Virus record (IMG/VR): IMGVR_UViG_3300025288_000034
Span: 1-45,987 of that record
Source of the DNA: a virus
Lineage: Duplodnaviria; Caudoviricetes
Length of the DNA: 45,987 bases
Reading direction: 5' to 3' (one strand)
In this document: positions 34,399 through 43,600 of the stretch, piece after piece
How the letters are laid out: every line of letters begins with the position of its first letter
Numbering within the stretch: the first letter of the stretch is position 1
Position numbers and translations under genes: made by a program
The notes under the pieces: model-generated
Told to the model about the DNA's origin: nothing
Database searches by the model: none
The model's input: only the letters and a program-made list of their open reading frames with translations

Positions 34399-36108
34399 AT
34401 GCCCACCACCACTGTACAAGCGAGGGACATCAAGGGACTGACTCCAGCAGTCAATGCCGTCAATTCGGACGGCACCTTCGTGCTGAGTGGGAAGAATTAT
34501 GTGTTTGATTCCCGGGGGCCCAAAAGTGCCTTTGGGTCTCTCCTTGTGAATGACAACCTTGTTCAGGCGCCAAATGGATTCCAGGTGGTGCAGGTGTTGG
34601 GGGGCCACTTCGTTTGTACCAACGAGGTGATTGCGAGAATCAATCCGGTGAATTTCCAGCTTGAACCTGTGTTGGTGTTTGAGCCCTTTCAGAAAGTGGG
34701 ACGGTGGACTACGGGGTTCCTGAATGGGGTGCAGTACTTCTGCCATCCTGGGATTGGGGTTTTGTACTGGAATCAACGCAATGGGCAGCGCGGGCTGTTG
34801 GATGTGCCGGGCCTGCCGGGCGCGCCGATTGCGATTGTAGTGGACAATGGAAGACTCGTGGTGTTGGATGAGTTCTCCCTCGTGTGGAGTGCGTCCAGTG
34901 ATGGAGGGAATTTCAATCCACAGATCGGCGGCCCCGGCGCACAACTGGTTTCTGATAGAGTCTCCGGCACTCCCGTTATGGTGACTTCCTATGGAAGGGG
35001 CGTGTTCACCTGGACTACCGCCGGGGTGATGAGGTCGGAGTTCTCCGGTGGCTCAGAAGTGTATCGGCATCGGGGAATCAACACTGAATACAGCCCCGTG
35101 AACAGTTTTTGCGTCGTGAAACTGGATGATGAGACTTCAGTGATTCTCGACAGCCGAGGTCTGTTCTCCTCGCGCGGGGAACCCCCAGTTCCTTTCACCG
35201 CGGTGTTCAATGAATTCTTAATAGAGGAGTTGAAGAAGAATGACTCTCTCAAGGAAAACAATCTCCGGCTGGAATGGGACCCCTTCTCTCGGCGAATCTA
35301 TATCTCGCGTTCGTTCACCCTCACGGGGGAACTCTACGATCACGCATTCGTCCTATATGCGCCGCTTGAAAAGTGGGGCGATTTTTCATCCAAGCATTAT
35401 GGATTTGGGCACGGATTCTGGCTGGGGGACGATCAGCGCCTCCGCGTTTTTGGCGGGACCCCGCATCACCAAACGCCGTCTGTAGACAAGGGCGGGTATT
35501 CTTTTGATGCGCGCCGCTTGTACCCCGAACTTGCCCAGCGTCAAAGACAGACGAAGAGCTTGTCATCCACCATTCGGCTAGCTGGATTGCCGGAGTCTCA
35601 GAACAGCAGTTTCAACGTTCCGGGATTGTACGTATTTGACGGGAGCGCCCTTGCATCGAAGAATCGCGTCGGTTTAGACGCAAAACTCGTTGTGGGGCAT
35701 TTCAGGCTTCAACAGGGATTCGCTGGAGATGAGATGTCCCAGGTGAATGAACTTATCATTGGGAGCGTGGAATCTCGTGCCCTCAGTACTTCGGATGTAG
35801 ATTACAACATCGTCCCCGACGGGGTTAGTGATGCGGATTACAACGTCGGTACCGGGAGTGCGGATTTTGGCCTCAACCCCCTCACGTTTGTGAATTTCGA
35901 CCTTACAATGCGGGGCTCCATTGATGGGGTTTCCACCTTTGATGTAAAGCAGCCTGCAATGAACAGATTCTCACAAGCCATGCGTTACTACTCCGGGGGC
36001 ACCGCCGGTATCTGGCATCAGGTTGAGATGGTCGCCGCCTCCGCCGGGGACTTTTTCCATGTGCAGAGTCTCCAGTTAAATGCCGTTCCTGCGGGGAGAT
36101 TGTTGTAA
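34399..36108 (+). CDS. Putative tail nozzle / tail tubular protein B (beta-propeller)
   Basis: 569 aa, beta-rich, GRLVVL...WS propeller-like blades; position in podovirus tail module. Confidence 0.65.
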   Translation: MPTTTVQARDIKGLTPAVNAVNSDGTFVLSGKNYVFDSRGPKSAFGSLLVNDNLVQAPNGFQVVQVLGGHFVCTNEVIARINPVNFQLEPVLVFEPFQKVGRWTTGFLNGVQYFCHPGIGVLYWNQRNGQRGLLDVPGLPGAPIAIVVDNGRLVVLDEFSLVWSASSDGGNFNPQIGGPGAQLVSDRVSGTPVMVTSYGRGVFTWTTAGVMRSEFSGGSEVYRHRGINTEYSPVNSFCVVKLDDETSVILDSRGLFSSRGEPPVPFTAVFNEFLIEELKKNDSLKENNLRLEWDPFSRRIYISRSFTLTGELYDHAFVLYAPLEKWGDFSSKHYGFGHGFWLGDDQRLRVFGGTPHHQTPSVDKGGYSFDARRLYPELAQRQRQTKSLSSTIRLAGLPESQNSSFNVPGLYVFDGSALASKNRVGLDAKLVVGHFRLQQGFAGDEMSQVNELIIGSVESRALSTSDVDYNIVPDGVSDADYNVGTGSADFGLNPLTFVNFDLTMRGSIDGVSTFDVKQPAMNRFSQAMRYYSGGTAGIWHQVEMVAASAGDFFHVQSLQLNAVPAGRLL

Positions 36109-37208
36109 TGACGCAACGGGTACAGATTGCCGGTGGACCTGCTACCACGCAGAATCAACTGATCGGCTTCGCGCGCGAGGTGACGGCGGTTGAGGACTCT
36201 CATGAACTGCGCCTTCATGACGGGGCAACTGTAGGGGGTCATCGATTCCTTCCCAAATCAATCAATGACGCGCTGTATCAGGCGCGCAATGTTGACCTCG
36301 ACGCCCTCGCGCAGTTGAACACCAAAGTGGGACTCGTAACGCGTTTGGGCCCCCAATCCTGGACGACGCGCAAGGTTGTGGGGACTCTTGGAGAGGTGGA
36401 CATCGCGAATGGGAGCGGGGTGTTTGGAGACATTTCGGTCTCTCTCCCTGCGGTTATTAACAAGACAGGACTCCAGTTCCAGCAGAGCGTCACATTCTCC
36501 GCGGGGTTAGTTGGGAATGTGACAGGGAATGTCACGGGGAATCTGGCAGGCAACGCCGTCGGTTCTCACAGCGGGTCATTCATTGGGAATGTTGATGTGC
36601 GGGGCGCCGCGCTCCAACTCGACAACGCACAGATTCCTTTGGCAGCCCTCGCTGCTACCCCGGTGCTGGAGGGCGATCAGAGGCTCATTCCACAGGGCGC
36701 AATCTTGTTGTGGTCTGGTTCAGTGGCGACAATTCCGGCCGGATGGGCGCTGTGCGATGGCACGCAGGGGACTCCCAACCTCGTGGATCGTTTCCTTGTG
36801 GGAGCTTCTGCGGCTGGCGCGTTCCCGGTGGGGGCAACAGGCGGAGCGCTTACCCACAGCCACGCGATTACCGTGACTCCCGCCGGGGCACACACGCCTG
36901 TTGTCACCGTCAACGCCCACACGCTGACGATTGATGAAATGCCGGCACATGAACACGGGAATGGCTACGGAACCAGTAACCCCGACGCGCCGCTTCACAA
37001 CCAGCGCGCGTGGCTTGGTACACGGCGATTCGACAACAATACAAACAACCCCACAATTGAGGCTATGACTGACATTGTGGGAGGCGGTATGGGGCATTCC
37101 CACGCAGGGAGTGTCGCGAATGTCCCAGATCACATACATGCGGCATCGTCTGATTCAGTTGATCACAAACCCCCATTCTACGCGCTCGCGTATATCATGA
37201 AATTGTAG
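36108..37208 (+). CDS. Short tail fibre with Mtd_N-like N-terminus and tail-collar domain
   Basis: E.T...LRLHDG.T.GG N-terminus; IPQGAILLWSG...PAGWALCDG...TPNL.DRF collar; HxH motifs; PPFYALAYIMKL end. Confidence 0.85.
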   Translation: MTQRVQIAGGPATTQNQLIGFAREVTAVEDSHELRLHDGATVGGHRFLPKSINDALYQARNVDLDALAQLNTKVGLVTRLGPQSWTTRKVVGTLGEVDIANGSGVFGDISVSLPAVINKTGLQFQQSVTFSAGLVGNVTGNVTGNLAGNAVGSHSGSFIGNVDVRGAALQLDNAQIPLAALAATPVLEGDQRLIPQGAILLWSGSVATIPAGWALCDGTQGTPNLVDRFLVGASAAGAFPVGATGGALTHSHAITVTPAGAHTPVVTVNAHTLTIDEMPAHEHGNGYGTSNPDAPLHNQRAWLGTRRFDNNTNNPTIEAMTDIVGGGMGHSHAGSVANVPDHIHAASSDSVDHKPPFYALAYIMKL

Positions 37209-37219
37209 GAGATTCTTCC

Positions 37220-38104
37220 ATGGGACTGTTTGGCCTCACAGGCAGCACGAGTAAATCCAAATCGACCTCTACCACAAATGAGTCGAGGAGCGAAGCTCTA
37301 TCTGGTAGCAAAAGCGGTGCCAGCTTTGGGAGTCAGACGACTCAACAGCAAGGTAGCACAACTGGCACGCAGGCGACCTCCCAGACTGGGAGTCAGGCTG
37401 GTACGTCCGTCGCGCAACAACAACAGCAACAGACACAGAGGTTGTTCAGCGGCGGGGCGCTTGCGGGGATTGAGTCGTTTTTCAACTCCTTGTTGGGCGG
37501 GGGCGGTGCCGCGCAAAACGCCAATGTGGAGGCGGTGAATACCGCATTGGGTGCGGCGAGGGGATTCGATCCCGAAGCGTTCACCAAGGGTATCGTGGAT
37601 AGCGCGCGCGTGAATCTCGAACAAGACACGCAAGGCGGGATCAACGCCTTCAACAGCGCGATCGGCGGGAATGAGTCAACCAACACGATTGCTGCGTTGG
37701 TGGCGGATCGCGCGCGGAGGGACCAGGCGTCGACTCTCGGCGGGATCGCGAGTGGAGCGGCGGGGCAAGCGGCTCAGATCTCCACGCAACTGTTGGACTC
37801 CGTGTTGAATGCCGCGCGCGCGGCTGGGGTGGAACCCATCGTTGCGATTGGGAATCTCCTCAAAGGCGGTGTCGCATCGTCCACCGGGCAGGCCGCATCG
37901 CAGCAACAACAGGCGCAGCAAACTGCGCAGGCCGGTACGGCGACGACGGCGGAACAGACGCAGACGATCCAGCAGCAGCAGACAGCCGAATTGGTGAATG
38001 AAATTGTGAATCAATTGCTTGCTGCCGAGGGAACCTCAACGACGAAATCAAAGGGGAAAAATTCGTCTCTCGGTTTTAGTGCTGAGATTCCGTTTTCGCT
38101 CTAA
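37220..38104 (+). CDS. Putative internal virion/ejection protein (294 aa)
   Basis: S/T/Q/G/A-rich, MGLFG start, first of three large genes at the end of the virion arm. Confidence 0.65.
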   Translation: MGLFGLTGSTSKSKSTSTTNESRSEALSGSKSGASFGSQTTQQQGSTTGTQATSQTGSQAGTSVAQQQQQQTQRLFSGGALAGIESFFNSLLGGGGAAQNANVEAVNTALGAARGFDPEAFTKGIVDSARVNLEQDTQGGINAFNSAIGGNESTNTIAALVADRARRDQASTLGGIASGAAGQAAQISTQLLDSVLNAARAAGVEPIVAIGNLLKGGVASSTGQAASQQQQAQQTAQAGTATTAEQTQTIQQQQTAELVNEIVNQLLAAEGTSTTKSKGKNSSLGFSAEIPFSL

Positions 38105-38118
38105 CAGGAGCCACCATT

Positions 38119-40671
38119 ATGCCTGGTTTTGTAGATTTCAGCCTCAAACCTGAAAAAACTCCAATCGAGAAATTCGGAGAAGACACGGCTTTGACTCCAC
38201 AGGCGTCTCAAGTGCCTATGGTTGAGATCCCAGTCCCTCTGAATCTCGCCTCTGCGTTGGACGGACAGGCGCGCGCGCGCAATGCTGTGGATGAAACCTC
38301 GTTCAATGTTCGCAATGCGATTAAGCAAACGGACATTCAAATACAAGCGGGGAAAGAAAGACTCTCCGCGTTACAACTCGCTTCAGAGGCCGCGGAGGAA
38401 CAGGAGCGAATTGACTCCAGCAAGGGAATCGTTACCGGTACCATCAAAGACATTTTTGGCAAAGGCGGGAGTGTCAAGCGCGCGGTGAATGATATTTTCG
38501 GTGTGAGTCAAGCGAGGGCCACAAGAAAGGCTCGCACGGCCAAGGATACTCTGTTGATCTCCGACGCCACGGCGGAACAACAGCAACTGGAATTGACTCG
38601 TGAAGTACTTGTTAAAGGCTCCCCGTTTGCGCAGCGCGCCGCCGTTGAGAAGATTGCGGAGGAGGATGAGGCGAGGAAGAACCGGCAGGCGGGGATAGAT
38701 CTTGAGCGGAAACGGCTGGGATTGAGTCAACAACAGTTCGCTCGTCAAGTACGGGATGATTTAGCTGGTGATCTGTTGGCGCGCCCGGCCTCGGAAACTG
38801 CACAAATGATTCAATTCCTGGAACAAAACGGGCAGAATGGATTCACCCACACCGATCCCGGTACAGGGATTACGAGAAAATTTTCCATTCCTGAGTTGAA
38901 ATCCATGCAGATGAAACAGGAAACAGCAGAGTTGAATCTCTCTGGAGCCCGCAACGCTGCGTTGTTGAATGACCTCAAAACGCAAGACGAGTTCAATAAG
39001 CGTTTCATTGGGGGGCTGACTCGGGCGCAAACCGTACAGGTTCTCCAAAACAATGGAGTCTTTCAGCCCGCCGATGGGGGAGACCCGGTGCAACTTGATG
39101 TGGCGCAGTTGACGGAGCACTTTGGGGTAGTGAATGCTGCGAGAGATGCGGTGTTCTCGGCAACTTCCGCGCGAGCAATCCTCGATCCTGCCACCGGAGA
39201 AACGACTCTTTCCGCCCCCGTCGAACGGATGCGCGTCAAATTGGAGGGGTTTGAGAACAGCGTTAATAGTTTCCAGAGTCGTGTGCAGGCAATGTTTCCT
39301 GGAGGGACTCCGCCGGATGTGGTACAGGAGCGGCTGTTACAGTTCCAGTCTTCCATCTCCCAAGCAGCCGAGTCTCTTGTTCAACTTTCAAGTGGAGAGG
39401 CGGAACTGACGCCGGGACTTGAGGAAGAAACTGACGAGGAGTTTGCGCAACAACGCAAGGCACTCAGGGAGACTGTGGACGAGATCGCAACCTCGGTCGC
39501 CGGGGACTCCAAAGCTGTAAAGCGCTTTGTCGCATCAACGCTGCTGGGAGAGACTCCCTCCACCGCCGACGCGCGTGGGGTTATTGAGGACGCAGCATCA
39601 TCACCGCAATCAAAGACTGTGGTACGCGCAACAGCGGCGAGTCGTGGAGCGGTGCAGGCATTTGCGGATGTAGGCAAGAGCGCGCTGGCGAAGCAGGTTG
39701 CGGCGGACTCCAACAACACCAAAACTCTGGACCCAAATGCGTCTTTTCAGGAGTCGCTCCTCGCGACTTTCGCTGGAAGCAACCGCACCGACAAAGCAGC
39801 AGCGGAACGTGATGCCGCTAGAATCAGAGCAGAGGCGTTCCAAGCCGTTGCGGATCGCTTCGCTCTTATTGTCCCAGGCGATGTGTTTGCCGGGGACTTG
39901 GGGAATATCTCGCCCGCGCAGGCTGAACAACTCAGGGGCCATCCGTTTTTCAGCGAGGTGAATCTGTTGGGGGTAACGCAACAGGCGAACGCTGCGCTGG
40001 AACAATTTGCGAGACAGAGGAATCTCCCGAGTACCTCTCCGGAGGTGAGGACACAAGCCTCCACGGAATACGCGAAAGCGCTGTTACAGACTCCCACAAA
40101 TGACCCAGAGTTCCCCCGCGCTTTTGACGCCTTTGTTGACTTGATTCAACGTGGTGGCCTTGATGTGATTCGGGAGGGGTTGACTGGTGTTGGTGCGGTG
40201 GGGAGTCCCCTCGATGCGGCTCTCGCGCAAGAGGCGGGTCCGCAAGCGGCTGCGGCGACATTGGTATTCGCGGAAGATATTGTGAAGCAAGGGCAGCAGT
40301 TGTTGCGCAACAAAGCTAAGGTGAAACCCACAGCGGATAATGTCTTCCTTGGGGCTGGCGGGGGGAGACTCTACCTGGATGAGATGCTCAGAGCGATTGC
40401 GGCGGACGGTACCTTCGCGACGCAGGAACAGATTCAGCAACTGAAGCCTGCGCTGTCATCAGATACTTTCCCATCACGCAATCTCGGCGGAAGTGCACTT
40501 GGTCCACCGGCAGGACCTATAACAAACACGCCATCCGTCATCCGTTCTAGGGTTCTCAATCAATCCCTCGCGAATCCGGAGCTGGAAAAAATCCGGAAGC
40601 GCGTTGCAAAGGCGTGGCCTGTGTTCGAGCAGACTGTGATCGACCAGCAGTTTTTCGCCACGGAGGAATAG
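38119..40671 (+). CDS. Putative internal virion/ejection protein (850 aa)
   Basis: Ala/Gln-rich helical, Cys-free; AGGAG RBS; position. Confidence 0.65.
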   Translation: MPGFVDFSLKPEKTPIEKFGEDTALTPQASQVPMVEIPVPLNLASALDGQARARNAVDETSFNVRNAIKQTDIQIQAGKERLSALQLASEAAEEQERIDSSKGIVTGTIKDIFGKGGSVKRAVNDIFGVSQARATRKARTAKDTLLISDATAEQQQLELTREVLVKGSPFAQRAAVEKIAEEDEARKNRQAGIDLERKRLGLSQQQFARQVRDDLAGDLLARPASETAQMIQFLEQNGQNGFTHTDPGTGITRKFSIPELKSMQMKQETAELNLSGARNAALLNDLKTQDEFNKRFIGGLTRAQTVQVLQNNGVFQPADGGDPVQLDVAQLTEHFGVVNAARDAVFSATSARAILDPATGETTLSAPVERMRVKLEGFENSVNSFQSRVQAMFPGGTPPDVVQERLLQFQSSISQAAESLVQLSSGEAELTPGLEEETDEEFAQQRKALRETVDEIATSVAGDSKAVKRFVASTLLGETPSTADARGVIEDAASSPQSKTVVRATAASRGAVQAFADVGKSALAKQVAADSNNTKTLDPNASFQESLLATFAGSNRTDKAAAERDAARIRAEAFQAVADRFALIVPGDVFAGDLGNISPAQAEQLRGHPFFSEVNLLGVTQQANAALEQFARQRNLPSTSPEVRTQASTEYAKALLQTPTNDPEFPRAFDAFVDLIQRGGLDVIREGLTGVGAVGSPLDAALAQEAGPQAAAATLVFAEDIVKQGQQLLRNKAKVKPTADNVFLGAGGGRLYLDEMLRAIAADGTFATQEQIQQLKPALSSDTFPSRNLGGSALGPPAGPITNTPSVIRSRVLNQSLANPELEKIRKRVAKAWPVFEQTVIDQQFFATEE

Positions 40672-40677
40672 AGAGTC

Positions 40678-43600
40678 ATGGTTGAAAGCTTTTTCTCAAA
40701 GAATGTTCCTGACCTCGCAGATGACTCTGCGTCGGTCGCTCCTGATTCGTTGCGTCGCCCCGAAAATCGGCCCATTCGGCGCACGTCAGGTGTCGGGGCG
40801 CTCGCCCGGACTACCGGAGCCGTGGCCGTCGGTGTGGCCCCGGACCTTATTGACTCCGCTCTTGCCAGCGTGTCCAATTTCACCCCGCTGGACTTCGAGA
40901 GATTCTCCCTCACAAAGAACATCCCCCTGGCGAATGAACATCTTGGTGCGGTGGAGATTGCGTCGGGAGTCGCAGGACTGGCCGTTGGCGCGTTTGTGGG
41001 CCCCGAAGTCGCCGGGCTTGCATTGGTTGACAAGGCGATCAAGGGAAACAAGGCACTGCGATTCGCTTTTGCTACAGCAGACGAAGCAGAGACTGCGCGC
41101 AAAGCGTTGTTCCGTGTAGATTCTGTAATCGCTCGTCAGGGGGAACAGGGGATTGACGCGCTGCGCGGCTCGGCAAACCTGTTTGGCGCCAACGTAAAAC
41201 GGCCGAAGATTGCGGGTGCCGCAAGACTCGCGGCAGCAAAGAAGACATTCAAGGATGGGGTGACCACCGAAGCGTTGATCGCTGCGACTCTCAATGAAAA
41301 TGCCGTAGTGGTTCCGGACGATGCGACATTCACCTCGGTGGCGGTGTTTGCAGGACTGGGAATCGTATTGCCGGCCGTGTTTGAGCAAATCGCGGTCGGT
41401 GCGAGCTTTCGTCGGGGACTCCAAGCTACAGAACTGCTGCGCAGCCGACAGGCCGCTTTGGGCGCGGGGAGTGGTATGGCGGAGCTGCGGGAATCGGCTT
41501 TCGGAAAGGCCGCCTCGTTGCGGAAGGACGCGGCGCCCCGAAATGTAGAATTGGCCGGAGACTTCGATGTTTCCATCCCCCTCAGTCGGAGCGACCAGAT
41601 TACCGTTGCTGCTGTGGAATTACAGGCCCAGCGTCGCACCCCCGTCCCTTCCACTACCAGCGGTGCGATTCTGAGAAGGAACCGCGCACAAGCCTCGGAA
41701 GCGAACTCGAAGGAGATTCGGGATCTCACCAACACATTGACTGTGCGCGGAGTTCTTGGCTCCAGGGAGGAAACAAGATTCCTGCTCAAGGACGCCCCTG
41801 CGGAGGCGCAGACCCTCAATGACGCCATCAGGCAGGATCCGTTTTCCATGTTCGGCGTTGTGTCCCTCGGGAGGATTCCCGAGGGCGAGGAGGCGGTCAC
41901 GAAATTGATCACCGCTCACAGGGAGGCACTAGAAAGTGCGCGGTTTGAGTCCGAACTTGTGGTGCAATTGCAAGCGGGGAAGGTGGATAAAAAATCCATC
42001 GCCGCGGTGGAAGAGGCGCAGGCCCGCCTCGTGGCAATTAGGGAACAGGAGAAGAATCTTCCTGTTGTATTCGTAGATGGGGAGGTTGTTTCTGCCACCC
42101 AATTCGCCAAGCTGGGGACGAAGTTTGATTCCAAGCGGGTAGTGACACGCGGCGGTGGGAGAGACGAGGCAACTCTCGCGACGGACTCCCTCACCGATGT
42201 TACCATTCGGATGGAAGACGGCGCCCTCACACTGCCTTTGGGCAAGGCGAGATTCAATGACCTAACAGCCACGGAAGCGCGCTCCGCCTTTGGCCTTGGC
42301 CGGATGTTTGTGGATAAACTTCCCGCCAACAAGGTATTCAAGGTGGGGAAGAAACCGGCCTTTTTCCAGCTGGATTTGGCGGAAGAGTTGATTCGTCGTC
42401 GCGGCAGCGCCATCACGGTGGAGTTCCCCGCTGGCATGACGAGGGAGAGCGCTCAGCTGGAGTCATTCGCGCAGAAGGTCGATGCCATTCGGGCGTTGGG
42501 GCCCGGCAAGTTGGATTTTGACGAGATTCCCGCACTGCGGCAGAAATTCAATCTCCCGGCCGCGACGGAAATTCAACGCCTTGAGGCGGCCATCGAGGAC
42601 ATCACTCCACTGGAGAATCTCATTTTCAAGGGCCTAAAAGGCAGCGATGTTCGCAAAATGTCGTTGGATGATTTGCAACGGAATCTGGCGCTCGCGAGGA
42701 AACGAGAGGGTTCCCTTCTCTCCGAGGGTACCGGACCGGAAGTGGCGGACTTGATGGGCTCCCAATTCAGTTCGAGTCTCGGGGTGTCAGGTTTCGCCAA
42801 GGGGCCGGTGGTAGAGACCGCGCCGGTGTTCGCGATGCGCCGCCCTCTCACGTTGAATCAACTCGACGCTAGTGCAATTCAGATGCAGCGCGCCGAGGAC
42901 CTTGCGCAGACCTTCGCGACTCTTACAAACCCCAACACCGCCCCCGCTTCCATTCGTCTGGTCGCGCAGCAGGTGTTGGAGAGCAATGAGTTGAAGGAGG
43001 TAATCAATTTGTCGAGGCTGGATGATTCCACCCTCGTAACCTCTCTGAGGGATCAGGACATTCGGCAGGGGTTGGGAGCATTACAGGACTTGGCTGCGGC
43101 CAATAATCCAACGATTCTTGCTGCGCAGCGTTTGTTCCGCACGGCCTCGTTTGTTTTTGAAAAGAATTTCGACGACTTCCTCGACACGGCCTTAGAGGGG
43201 AGTGCCAAGACGATTCGACAGTCTCTGGAGACTATCCAGATTGCGTCGAATCGCGAGAGTCGTTTGTTGGTCGAACAATTCGCCGAGGCGCGCCGGGGGT
43301 TTCAACTCACAGGCAAGGTGAGACAGGCGGAGGACGGGAAGTTCGAATTCCTTCTCAAGGACACTGAGGCGAATCGGGTGCAATACGAGGCAGTCACAGG
43401 AGTGGCGCGATTGCCGAAGGATGCGACGCTCCCGCTCAGCAATGGTCAGCCCTTGGGAGTCAATGCGGAAGGGCTGGACGCGCTGAATGCGCTGAGCGCA
43501 ATCGCGAACAAGGAACGTCTAGACAAGAATGCAATCCTCCGCGCTAATGGACTCCCCTCTATCGGTGTCGAACCATTCTACATTCCCCCTCCGAAAGGGG

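Noticed and set aside
36108-37208. Diversity-generating retroelement suggested by the Mtd_N-like N-terminus
   Set aside because: No reverse transcriptase and no template/variable repeat pair seen
41136-42437. 258-aa and 173-aa minus-strand ORFs
   Set aside because: Antisense to the 1754-aa gene, with no RBS or protein-like features
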